From: Octopus vulgaris
Taxonomy: Eukaryota
Length of the DNA stretch: 64,000 nucleotides
Direction of reading: 5' to 3'
NCBI GenBank assembly: GCA_951406725.2
Contig: OX597817.1
Coordinates: forward strand, 53,444,001 to 53,508,000
Part shown: positions 38,438 to 50,149 of the stretch, piece after piece
Numbering within the stretch: the first letter of the stretch is position 1
Layout of the letters: every line of letters begins with the position of its first letter
Notes under the pieces: model-generated
Seen by the model: only the letters and a program-made list of their open reading frames with translations
Told to the model about the DNA's origin: nothing
The model's database searches: none
Made by a program: the position numbers and the translations under genes

Positions 38438-39086
38438 GTAAGTAATGTTGCTTCTTGTTTTATTTGTATATTGTGAGTTTGATCACAAGATCTGCTCTGA
38501 TTGTGCAAACCCATGTCTTTTCCTTTTTTCAAACCAGTGAATACCATTTTTTTAACCCTTCGATATTTAAACCAGTCATATCTAGCTAAAAGATTCTACC
38601 TCTTTTATGTTCAACTTGACCAGATCTGGCTTTTCACGCCTACCCTACAATGTTGTTCTAAAACTTAAGTTTCCTCAACAAAATCTCAAAGCTACACGAA
38701 AATGCATGATTGGTTCAAAACAATGTGAATAATGAGCATTACTTTTGACAGAATAATGTGAATGCTAAAGGGTAAACATGTTAGCATATGATTTGAGGAA
38801 GGTGCAGTGACTATTTCTAGCAGGTTAAGCAACACTATAGAGGCTCCCTCATTGATTCTGCTTCGTCCATCAATTGAGAGCAGACCAGACACATACTTCA
38901 CCCCACTGGCTTTTCCCAGTTACTTTTACCCCCCCCCCCCTCATTTTCCTTCCACCTACTATCTTCACCAATCACCTCCTTTCTGCACCTTGTCCCTCCT
39001 CCCAGAGCTACTGTCCATCATCAACTCCTTGCTTACCTGCAATCACCTTCAGTCATCCCTGATTGAGCACTCATATGGTATACAGG

Positions 39087-39270
39087 TATTTCGTCTGCCT
39101 CTACGTTCTGAGTTCAAATTCTGCCGAGGTCAACTTTTGCCTTACATTCTTTCGGGGTCGATTAAATAAGTACCAGTTACGCACTGGGGTCGATATAATC
39201 GACTTAATCTGTTTGTCTGTCCTTGTTTGTCCTCTCTGTGTTTAGCTCCTTGTCGGTAGTAAAGAAATAG
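39087..39270 (+). mobile_element. Headless SINE family A with TSD
   Basis: Direct repeat GGTATACAGGTATTT at 39077-39091 and 39270-39284. Confidence 0.9.
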
Positions 39271-39351
39271 GTATACAGGTATTTGGTCCACCATGAAATA
39301 TGACTCAGTTCTGTTTTCTCTGCTCCATCATGTCTTTGGCTTGTTGATGAG

Positions 39352-39546
39352 TTATTGTATTGACAACTCATGGTGTGTCATCTGTTTCTGTACAGCTGCA
39401 GGCATTGCACACTGCAATATGCAGTGATGAATCATATGAAGTGTAGCATGACATTCTAGACATGTTGCATTGTCCTCCCCCTCCAGTCTATTTCTGTAGC
39501 CCTGCTTGTGACATCTGACTGGGTTGCCAAGTATCTCCTCTGTCAT
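39352..39546 (-). mobile_element. LINE ORF2 C-terminal CCHC zinc-knuckle remnant
   Basis: TCLECHATLHMIHHCILQC fits C-x2-C-x8-H-x4-C; no flanking exon signals noticed. Confidence 0.45.
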
Positions 39547-39654
39547 AAAGCAGCTATCCCTGTTGCTTTCTCATACTCCAACCTCTCACCTGGCACAGAG
39601 CTACCTCTCTCAGCTGAGCTGCTCTTGTCTTGCAAGTAACTTGGTGACCCATGA

Positions 39655-40215
39655 TTGCTGGCATCACATCGAAAGCACTGGTGTTGGTACCACATGGAGT
39701 GCACTGGCGGTGGCGTCACACAGAAAGCAGCGGTACTGGTGCCACACAGAAAGCAGTGCCATGCAAAAAGCACCGGTTGCTGGTGCTATGTGGAAAGCAC
39801 TGGTGTTGGCACCACGCGGAAAGCACTGGTGTTGGCACCACGCGGAAAGCACTGGTGTTGGCACCACGCGGAAAGCACTGGTGCTGGCTCCATGTGGAAA
39901 GCACTGGTGCTAGTGCCACACGGAAAGCACTGGTGCTAGTGCCACACGGAAAGCACTGGTGCTGGCTCCATGTGGAAAGCACTGGTGCTGGCTCCATGTG
40001 GAAAGCACTGGTGCTGGCTCCATGTGGAAAGCACTGGTGCTAGTGCCACGTGGAAAGCACTGGTGCTGGTGCCACGTGGAAAGCACTGGTGCTGGCTCCA
40101 AGTGGAAAGCACTGGTGCTGGCTCCACATTGAAAGCACTGGTGCTGGCTCCATGTGGAAAACACTGGTGCTAGTGCCACACAGAAAGCACTGGTGCTGGC
40201 GCCACGTGTGAAGCA
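39655..40215 (+). repeat. 26-bp minisatellite (~21 units, ggaaagcactggtgctggc.ccacgt) inside a family C SINE
   Basis: Head-to-tail units without spacers, running directly into the family C 3' motif at ~40215-40380. Confidence 0.95.
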
Positions 40216-40447
40216 CCTCGTACATTCTGTAAAGTGGATGGCATTAGGAAGGATATCCAGTCATAGAAACCATCCTCAAAAAGAAGACTGGGGCCTGGTG
40301 CAGTCCTCCGGCTTTCCAGCTCCTTTCAAACCGTCCAACTCATACCAGCATAGAAAACTAGCATTAAATGAGGATGAATCTACTTTCACTACCACCAGTA
40401 TCAGTCTTTCTCTCTCTCATCTGGACATCAATAATAAATTTTCAACT

Positions 40448-41136
40448 GGTTCTGGGTTCAGTCCCATTGTGTGGCACTTTGGCAAGTGTGTTCTACTATA
40501 GTCTCAGGCTGACCAAAGCCTTGTGAGTGGATTTGGTAGACGGAAACTGAAAGAAGCCGGTCGTATATATGTATATATATGGTGGCTGCCCCCTCATTAT
40601 CGAGTATGGCCATTGCACAAAGCATAATCAATGTTGTTATCGTGCAATGCCTGTGCAAGAAGAGTTTTTTTAAAGTGAGGAAAGGCTGTGCACTGAGTCA
40701 ATCCCACTCACTAAGCAACAGCAGTCATAATCCGAAAAGAAGAACAAGTCAACACCATCGGTAACCACTGAACTGCAGGTTTTATGTCGGAGTTATCCCA
40801 GTTACCTAAGTTACCTTCTCCTAGAAGGATGCCCTAACAAAGGCTAGGAGTCCTTCACTCCAAATGGTTTAACCGCGTGATCGGGTATTCAGTCCAATTA
40901 TTTCTATGACCCCGCGCATGATATATCCTTAAGACATTTATTGGATGGCCGTTGACTCTCAAGAGTTTCTCCGCCCTTTGACGGGCCTTGTTTTTCATCC
41001 CGTAGGGTGTCCAATAAACACCCTCCTCACCAAGCAAGCTTGGTGGGGTTGCCGGTTTAGTCGACGACGACCTGACCATGCAACAGGTTGTACTGGCTTA
41101 CATGTTACCAGTAGCACTCGAAAGTGACCTGTCATG

Positions 41137-41196
<60 letters not shown>

Positions 41197-41362
41197 TACC
41201 CCCACTATTGCTTAACAACTGATGCTGGTGTGTTTACTTAGCAGTTCAGCAAAAGAGACTGTGAGAATAAGTACTAGGCTTGCAGAGCATAAGTTCTGGG
41301 GTCAATTTGTCTGACTAAAGGCGTTGCTCCAGCATGGCTGCAGTCAAATGACTGAAACAAGT
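40448..41362 (+). mobile_element. SINE family B split by a ~555-bp insertion
   Basis: 5' part 40448-40578, 3' part ~41135-41362. Confidence 0.85.
40579..41133 (-). mobile_element. CpG-rich non-coding element, RTE-type 5'UTR-like
   Basis: Nested in the SINE B (TA)n tract. ccttctcctagaaggatgccctaacaaaggctag resembles motifs I associate with RTE 5' regions; no credible ORF. Confidence 0.5.
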
Positions 41363-42020
41363 CTCTTTGTAACCTCTTGACCTGCTAGAAATAGCAGCTA
41401 AATCTCGCCTACTACAACCAAATGTTTTTTTTTTAAATTGACATGTTAGTTAATATAGTCCTAGATATACTGTGTCTAAATAAAACCTGAAATAGTCATG
41501 TCTGTAACCTTTTTGATTGTAAGTCTGCTTTATCAGGCCTGGCCTGAGGCTAAATGGTATTTATCATTACGTTCACCACCATTCACTGGCTCTCATATAG
41601 CTACAACCATTATCTACCCCATCACTATCCACTCTTCTTACCACCACCCACCGTTATCATGATTGCCATCAATCCTGTTTCTCTTTGTCTGCCAGTCACC
41701 TTTTAGCAGTCATCTCGGTGATAGATTAAACATGGTTTCATATCTGCTCCATACATTATATAACATGAGATCACTGTTGATGTCTGTGTCAGATAACATG
41801 ATACATATACCAAGTTGTGCAGTTGGTTATGGTATGTGTACCAAGTTGTGCAGTAAAGACAAATTATATTCCTGATTTGGTTTATTTTCCGGCATCATAT
41901 GATTAATCACAAAAGCCAATGAGGGGCACCTCTGTGCAGTCATTTGATATACTGAAATCTCCCTAAAAACCACACTCCGTCAGCTTAAAAAATTGAAGAA
42001 ACATATTGATAATGTAGTCC

Positions 42021-42240
42021 TGGCAGAATCGTTAGCACGCCGGGCGAAATGCTTAGCGGTATTTCGTCTGTCGTTACGTTCTAAATTCAAATTCCACCAA
42101 GGTCGACTTTGCCTTTCATCCTTTCGGGGTCGATAAATAAAGTACCAGTTTCACACTAGGGTCGATGTAATCAACTTAATCCCTTTGTTTGTCGTTGTTT
42201 GTCCTCTCTGTGTTTAAGCCCCTTGTGGGCAGTAAAGAAA
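42021..42240 (+). mobile_element. SINE family A
   Basis: Near-consensus copy. Confidence 0.9.
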
Positions 42241-42436
42241 TATATATAAAAGATGAGATGGCCATGCTGAGAATGTCTTTGGCCAGATGTTAGCTTTATT
42301 GGGGCCAGTCGGGACTAAACAGTAACAACAACAGAGACTCTGTTACAATACAACCAACTAGAAATAACTACCAAATCTGCCTCATCATACCTTATGAAAT
42401 TATGAAAAAGAGAAGTGCACATTGGTTAATGTAAGT

Positions 42437-42762
42437 CAGAAGTCCTTAAACTTTTTGGGCCACTGCCCCCACTCCTCATGGCCATGTAATACCCTCAGCA
42501 CCCCCACCCCTATTTTTATATGTAAGTAAATATTTTATATTTTGCTAATTTATATATACTATGAATCATTTGATATTTAATATATTATATAATTTATATA
42601 CAATGCTATAATAATAAATTCATAAGCGTCCCCCAATCCAATCCCTTTCTCCCAATGCCTCTTTTTTCTCTACCGCCTCTTCAGACACCAGCGCCCATCT
42701 GGACCCTCTCGACACCCACGGGGCGGGGGGCAGGGCGGTAGCGCCCACTTTGAGAGCCTCTG
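42437..42762. mobile_element. hAT MITE, 326 bp, with perfect 8-bp TSD
   Basis: ATGTAAGT at 42429-42436 and 42763-42770; imperfect TIRs CAGAAGTCCTTAAACT / ACTTTGAGAGCCTCTG. Confidence 0.88.
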
Positions 42763-43705
42763 ATGTAAGTAATTGATACACTTTGTCTGAATTAAAAAGT
42801 GGGATGGTCACAACAAGAAGGCCTTTCAAATTAATTTAACCATTCCCTGGCAGAAGCGAAATTCTTGTTCAGAGTTTTAGTTTTATCTTGCAGATTTTTT
42901 TATTTCGTTTTGTCAAGTGCCTTTGGCATTTGCAATTTCTCTTGAATTTGGTGAAGCTGGTATAGTCGGAACCTTATTTTCTGCCCTTTCTAATCCTTTC
43001 ACAAATCTCCACCTTTATAGTCTACAAAGCTGGAGCTTCGTTCCAGCTTCTTTGTTGCATTAATCAGATGTGTTAGATATCTCCCTTTGAACAAGCTATT
43101 ATTGAACAGATTGGCAACTTTCCCACTAGGTTTACTGCCTGTAAATCCTTGTAGCTGCATGTGATCCGTTCAGGAATGCAACAAAATACCAACAGTAGAT
43201 TGGAAAGTCCAGTAGTTTATCTGCAGCAATTTCCTGGAATTCTACCACATTTCCTCATAGAAGGCTGTTACTGGTTCTAGAGATATTTTTAACATTAGAT
43301 TATGCTTCATGTAATTTAATTATCTGTTACATTAGCAGAATTGTTAGAGCATCAGATAAAATGCCTTTTGGTATTTATGACCTTTTATAGTCCAAGTTCA
43401 AATTCAGCTGAGGGTAGCTAGACCTTTCATCTTTGCAGTGCTCATTAAAAAATAAAATAAAAAGGTACAATCAAGTACTGGAGTTGATATAATAGAATCT
43501 CCCTCTTGTTTCAGAGGCCGGTAATGCAGCAGAGACACTGTGTCCCTACCAGACTAAAAGATTAAAAGGAAAATCAAAAAACTTGGGCGTCATAATTGTG
43601 AAACAAACTTCTTAATTACTCAGCCATGCACGTATCTCTGCCCTTAGTTCAATCACAAAACTGATTGTTTAATATGTTGTTAGTAATGTTTAAATATATA
43701 AAATT

Positions 43706-43985
43706 CATCATCATCATTTAACGTCTGTTTTCCATGCTGGCAAGGGTTGGACGTTTTTACTTATGACTAGCAAGCCAGAAGGCTGCACCAGGCTACAATC
43801 TGATCTGGCAGTGTTTCTACTGCTGGATGCCCTTCCTAATGCCAACCACTCTGAGAATGTAGAGGGTGCTTTTTATGTGCCACCAGCACGGAATCAGTCA
43901 GGTGAACCTGGCATGAACCATGATCGGATGGTGCTTTTTACATGCCACCGCCATGGGAGCCAGTCAGGAGGTACTGGCCACAGCA
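43706..43985 (-). mobile_element. SINE family C
   Basis: Reverse-complement family motif. Confidence 0.85.
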
Positions 43986-44097
43986 TTGTGTAGAATATAT
44001 TGTATAAAGGATCATGGGTAAGGCCAGAACAATGAGAAGTAAATGCAAGGTAGATCACAAGAAAACAAATACATGAATTAATGTAGACTCACCTTGT

Positions 44098-44135
44098 ATT
44101 CAATATTTCGGGGTTATGACCCAATTTTCAAGAAA
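44098..44135 (-). ncRNA. Minimal hammerhead ribozyme variant in the PLE 3' terminal repeat
   Basis: Minus strand UUC-UUGAAAA-uu-GGGU-caua-ACCC-c-GAAA-UAUU-GAA: U3:A8 in place of C3:G8, ~60 nt after the GIY-YIG stop. Confidence 0.65.
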
Positions 44136-44196
44136 TTAACTAATGTTGCTGATGTGTGTGAGCATGTGTGGAGTGGACATATGCAAAAAGGTGTTG

Positions 44197-44485
44197 CTAT
44201 AGCAACCAGCTAGCTTCCTGTAACTCCCTTCTGTTGTTGACCTTAGGTTTCTTTTGGTGTATGAGGATGACCTCAGAGATACTGAAGTTGCCCCTGTCCT
44301 GCTGTGTTGCCTTGGTGGTCACTGTGAACTCCCGAGTCTGGCATTTCTGTAGATGTTTCTTCACAGAATTGTCTGCCTGCATATGTTCCTTAAGGCGTAT
44401 ATGCAGTTTTCTTGTTGTACTTCCTATGTAGGATGTTCCACATTTGCCACAGATGATCCCGTATACAACACAGGTCCTCTGGCAC
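44197..44485 (-). mobile_element. Penelope-like element 3' remnant encoding a GIY-YIG endonuclease domain
   Basis: CQRTCVVYGIICGKCGTSYIGSTTRKLHIRLKEH...H...C...E..LI....P..N.R.E is the PLE-type GIY-YIG with CxxC/H motif, open to its stop codon. The upstream part of the 189-aa ORF is unrelated sequence. Confidence 0.9.
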
Positions 44486-44919
44486 AATATAAAATTGTGT
44501 TCTAACACATCCACTTTTAAGTGGGTATAAATATCACCTTTTGGCATTAATACTGCTTCTATTACTATTAATTCTTTAATAAATCCACTGGCTATCTGTG
44601 ACACTAGATTCTGAGATTCTATGAATATTGCTGATGGAGGAAATGCTGCTAGCTCTAGCTTTGGGCACCTACCATTGATGAGGCCAAGGAAGGCTGAAAT
44701 CACATGATCTGGTAGTCCTAGCAGTGGTGATGGTGGATGATTATCTCCCTCTAGAGATATAAACACAAGTATTTATATGCACCACAAATCCATATGAGAA
44801 GTTCTCTCATGGTAACTAATGCAGTATTGTGTGTTCTAACACAACATACACTTTTAAGTGGGGATAAGCATTACCTTTTTGCATTGATACTGTTTCTGTT
44901 GGTATTATTTATTTTTTAA

Positions 44920-45281
44920 CTTTTGCTTGTTTCAGTCATTAATTAGACTGTGGCCGTACTGGGGCACTGCTTTGAAGAATCTTTATTTGAATGAACCATT
45001 TCCAGTACTTATTTTTTTTAAAGCCTGATACTTATTCTGTTGCCCTCTTTTGCCAAACCGCTAAGTTATGAGGACACAAACACACCAACACTGGTTGTCA
45101 AACAGTGGTGACACACACACATACACAACAGGCTTCTTTCAGTTTCTGTCTGTCAAATCTACCCTTAAGGCTTTGGCTGGCCCATAGTAGAAGACACTTG
45201 CCCAAGGTGTTGCACAGTGGTACTGAACCCGGAACCATGTGGTCGGGAAGCAGACTCCTTACCACAGCCATGCCTGAACCT
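44920..45281 (-). mobile_element. SINE family B
   Basis: Reverse-complement full-length copy. Confidence 0.85.
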
Positions 45282-45656
45282 ATTACATAATTTTTTTTTT
45301 ATAAAGTTAAAAAAAACAATGACTTATTAAAAGAAATCTGGTTCCCATTTCACTATTTTTACTTGACAGTTTCCAATTTCATTTCAGCTCTCTCTGTAAT
45401 TTATTTATTTCCATTATTCCATTAACCATTAATCTCCCTCACCCCACCCCAACCACTCCTCCCCCACCCATGTAGTCATTTATTTATAGAATTCTGTCCA
45501 TTGTTTGTGAGTCATTTTCTGGAAATGTTGAAATTGGTTACAGCATATTATACGGCTGTCTGCTGTGAAACCATTGTCGTTACAATAGTTTGGACTACAT
45601 TTGTAGAGTTTACAGTTACGTGCTATTGTTGTTTAGCCCCAGATTAAACTTGACCA

Positions 45657-46047
45657 TAGGCGCAGACCATAGGCTGTGTGGTAAGAAACTTGCTTCCCAA
45701 CCACATGTCTCTGGGTTCAGTCCCACTGCGTGGCATCTTAGGCAAGTGTCTTCGACTATAGTCTCGGGCTAACTAAAGACTTGTGAGTGGACTTGGTAGA
45801 TGGAAACTGAAAGAAGCCCATTGTGTATGTGCATATATATGTGTGTGTATGTGTTTGTCCCCACCACTACTTACCTGGTGTTGGTATGTTTATGTCCTTG
45901 CAACTTAGCGAAAGAGGCTGATAGAATAAGTACCAGGCTCAAAAGAAAATAAAAAGTACCTGGGTTTTTTCATCCAACTTAAAATTTTTCAAGATGGTGC
46001 CCCAGCATGGCCACAGTCTAATGACTGAAACAAGTGGAAGATAAAAG
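45657..46047 (+). mobile_element. SINE family B
   Basis: Full-length copy. Confidence 0.85.
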
Positions 46048-46887
46048 ATCCTGTGTCTTATATTTAGACACTTTGCTGTTGTTGTGATAAAATGCATCTG
46101 GTGCACTCAATAAAGTGATTGGTGAGTGAATGGATGGAACGGAGGCTCAAAAATGGTCCCTGTAGTCTGGAGTCATTGAAAATTTGATAACCTACCTAGT
46201 ATTGGTGCCATGATAAAACGAACCCATTGTCCTCTGTAAAGTGGTTAGTGAAGGAATGGAGAAAGTGTTGAGTTGAAAAGACCCCAAGTCTTGACATCTG
46301 ATGTTTGTGTTGGTGTCGCAATCCAATATACCTAGAATAGTCTGTGAAGTGCTAAAATGTCAGTCAATGATGACGACAGTTCCTAATAATAAAAAAAAAC
46401 TGTCTTGGAGCATGATGGAAAAATGGATGTAAAATGATGTAAAATGGATGTAAAATGATGATGCTGCATCTCAGACTTCATTATCCATTGTGTACTTCCT
46501 TTTTTAAGACTTGAGAAGGTGATCTGAAGAAGATGTGGCTTCTGTTTCCTGCAAGTCATGTGGCCATGTAGAGTCTCCTTTGTTATTTTTGTTGTGGTTG
46601 TGTGTGGTCACAGTTAAAACTATAAGACCGACATAGAACTATAAGACAAATGCACTGAAGCACCTGACAGGTACAAATCCAGTAGGTGTGCCAATATTTG
46701 GGGTAACCATCCTGAGTGAATCAATATTTCTTGCTAAGGCCAACTTGTCTTTATTACAAGACATTGTCTGAGATCCTGAACTGAAATCATAGTTGAAGAT
46801 TGTGTTTTTACACTGAGGGCCAGGCTCAGATACTGACTGGATACTGCTACAGGCTAGAAGACTGAAAAAGTCAAGCCATTATGGGAA

Positions 46888-47085
46888 TTTTTTCTGGTGG
46901 TGTCCCCCCCCCCCCCAATGTTAACAGTGGTATGTCCTGAAGCCCCAAATACACTGTTAAACAGGTTAATACCTGTCTGAGACCTTTTCTGGTGGTGTGT
47001 GTCCCCATGTTACAGTGGTATGTCGTGAAGCCCCAAATACACTGTTAAACATTTTATATCAAGCTGTCTGAGACCTTTTCTGGTT
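46888..47085. repeat. Tandem duplication of a ~95-bp unit
   Basis: ttttctggtggtgt...acagtggtatgtc.tgaagccccaaatacactgttaaaca...ctgtctgagacc occurs twice. Confidence 0.85.
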
Positions 47086-48689
47086 ATCTAGTACAAACTT
47101 CTTGTTTTAAAGTGTTCTAAGTTAAAATTTCATGGTAGTTTTGTGTTCCAAATACCAGCTTAATTGCAAATTTATTTTATTGAATTTCTCATTATTTTCA
47201 AAATCTTGGAACCAAGTGTATTTTACCAGAATGTAAGAGATGGGTTGGATAACTGAATTTATGTGTTGACTAAGAAAAACAGCAAATCATTTGGAGACAG
47301 AGTATAAAACAAGGCTGTGTGTCTCAGAAGTTTACGGATTCATGTCCAGTCACTCTCTATTGTACCATGGGCCAGTAAGTTTCTACCATAGCTTTGGTTC
47401 AATCCAAGACTTGCAATTGAAATTAGTTCACTGGAAACTGTGGAAGACTGATAGGGGCTGATTTCTGAGTGGTAGGCTTATTCTATATAACATGGTCTTA
47501 ATGCCAGCACCCAACACTTGGGTACTTTTAACTGACTTTTAACTGATTGATGTGAGGATAATGCTTTCTTCCTCTCCTTCTTTGTAGGGCTTTCTTCCTT
47601 CTTTTCTGCTGCCTATTATAGAGGCCCTGCCAACTAGTCATGTCTGCTGTTGCCCTTTCTCCTACTTAGAACTGTGCTACTAAAATAAAGTTCCTATTCT
47701 CTTAGCAATTAATGTAGGTTAATAGAATTTTCTTTTAGAAGTTTATAATTAAAAAAGCAAGTGACACAAATTAATGACATGGTTTTCCTCTGTTGTAAAT
47801 TACTTTAATTTCACTGGTCCCTTCTGCAGTTTAATACACTTTATAAGTTGTGTAAACAGCTAAAACTATGATGGGTGGCTTTTCTGCTTTCATTTTTTTT
47901 TTTTTTATATACAAGATACAGGTTTGTTTTTTATAAAATGTAAGATGTCTTAAGAAGGTTTAAGTGTCAGAACCACCAATGTTAAAAAATAAAAAGACCA
48001 ATGAGTTGCATGGCCTGCCTGTAATAGCAGCTAAATCTTATTTGAATCTAACTCTATTACCTAATAAAAAATATGAGAATGCATCTGATAATGTAATCCT
48101 AGAGACTCTGTGTCTGAGATAAAGATGGGATAGTCATGTAAGACCAGAGATGTGTTTGGTAGAACTTTGAAGAACCAGCTCCCTCTGTTAGTGATTAATA
48201 TATTGTTCATTATGGCTCATTTCACTTCTAAATAAAGTTTACAGTTTGGCACATGCCAGCATTGAAAGGGAATGTAAGGTAAATAACACTTAGTATTTGA
48301 ACATTAAGTCTTATATTCTGGGATTGATTTCTGGCTGTGAATGGTGGCCATGCTGGAACACCAGCTTCAAGGGTTTTTTATTTTAGTAGTTCTTGACCTT
48401 TTACTATCGTAACCTATTCTGGCACAACAATAAGGGATGACAGCCTCCAAACTGTGTGTGTTTGTATTTCAACTGGAGAAATTCAACATTTGGAAAAATA
48501 TTCTTCAGTTTTTGTTTGTAGCACATGTGTTGTGGCTGTTATGCCTATTCACAAACATTTTACATCTTATTAATTATTTCAAAAGTAAAAGATTATCTTT
48601 TCAGCCCTTTTTTGTATTACACAGCACCCACTTAGGGTAATAACCCATAGCTAGGGAACTACAGTTGATTATATTGATCTGAGTATGTT

Positions 48690-48911
48690 GGCGAGCTGGC
48701 AGAAACGTTAGCGCGCCGGGTGAAATGCTTAACGGTATTTTGTCTGTCGTTACGTTCTGATTTCAAATTCCGCCGAGGTTGACTTTGCCATTCATCCTTT
48801 CGGGGTCGATAAATTAAGTACCAGTTATGCACTGGGGTCGATATAATCGACTTAATCCATTTGTCCTTGTTTTCCCCTCTTTGTTTAGCCTCTTGTAGGT
48901 AGTAAAGAAAT
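48690..48911 (+). mobile_element. SINE family A
   Basis: Near-consensus copy. Confidence 0.9.
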
Positions 48912-49800
48912 AGGTATTCCAGCTATGACTTGTCATATCTGCCCTAAATAATCTGCCTGTCTTATATGTTCAAACTGACCCTGTCCAGCTTCTCACACCC
49001 AGCCAACAATGTCATTTTAAAATCAAACAGTCACCTCATTGAAACTTCAAAGCTATGATATAATGCATGATTAATTCAGAACAATGTGAATAAACAAGAG
49101 AAAGTTGAATGTTGAAGCGTTAAGAGAGAGAAATTAGACTCCTGTTTCTAGCTTGTTGAGCGACCACATATATAGAGGCTTCTTCACTGGTGGTTAAGGT
49201 CTCAGAAAGGAACCGGTAGAGTCTCTGCTTTAAGATTACTGTGTGGAGTTAGTTAAAAGGTCAATGATTGTGTGTGTGTGTTTAGTAGACTTCCAGAATT
49301 GGTAAACTATATACAGAAAGGTCCTCTCTTCATCAAACCTTCCACCCTTGCACTTCTTCCTCCCGTCTCACCTCTTCAGTTTCCTTCTCCCTTTCTCTTT
49401 CTCAGCTATGTTCACACCCCACCTCCACCATGTCTCTACTTGTTTATTTACAAAGACTTTTCTTCTCTTTCTCTCTCTCTCTTTCTCTCTCCGTCTGTCT
49501 CTCTTTCTCTCTCTCCTGGTTCACCTTGACCTAACCCTCTCTTCTCAATGGCAGTTATTGTCAGGGATTTTCAACAGCCACTTTTCACTATTAGCATCAT
49601 CACTTTCCTCCTCCTCCACCGCCGCCACCACCACCACCACCACCTTCATCCAGTTTCTCTTTCTTCCTTCATCATCATCATTGCTGTCATTTCTTGAATG
49701 TATGTGTGTTTGTGGTTCCTGCCCCCTCCCCTCCATCTCCTGCTTAACAATCACTGCTGGTTTGAGTAGAGTACCAATTACCAATACACAAGGCATTAAG

Positions 49801-49875
<75 letters not shown>

Positions 49876-50086
49876 TTTTATGTGTTTTAGTATTGTTGTG
49901 AAATTAGGTTGATGGGAAGTAAAACGTGTGTGTATGTGTATGTATAGTTTCAGTTTGTTTTATGTATGCGCAGTGTATATATAGTCTGCACCAGACCTGA
50001 AGCAATTTATCTAAATTATATATTTATTGTAGCACCAATACAACATGAGTTATGAATATATATTTATATGTATGTATGTATGTATG

Positions 50087-50149
<63 letters not shown>

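Noticed and set aside
39524-40225. CRISPR-like or repeat-protein appearance of the 26-bp array
   Set aside because: No unique spacers, no cas genes, eukaryotic intron context; the unit derives from a SINE.
44486-44766. N-terminal half of the 189-aa ORF as part of a standalone nuclease gene
   Set aside because: No RT or thumb similarity, and it overlaps a local duplication; only the C-terminal GIY-YIG part is element-derived.
49272-49890. 180-aa hydrophobic ORF
   Set aside because: CT-rich, CCA and TA/CA simple repeats; no splice or domain support.
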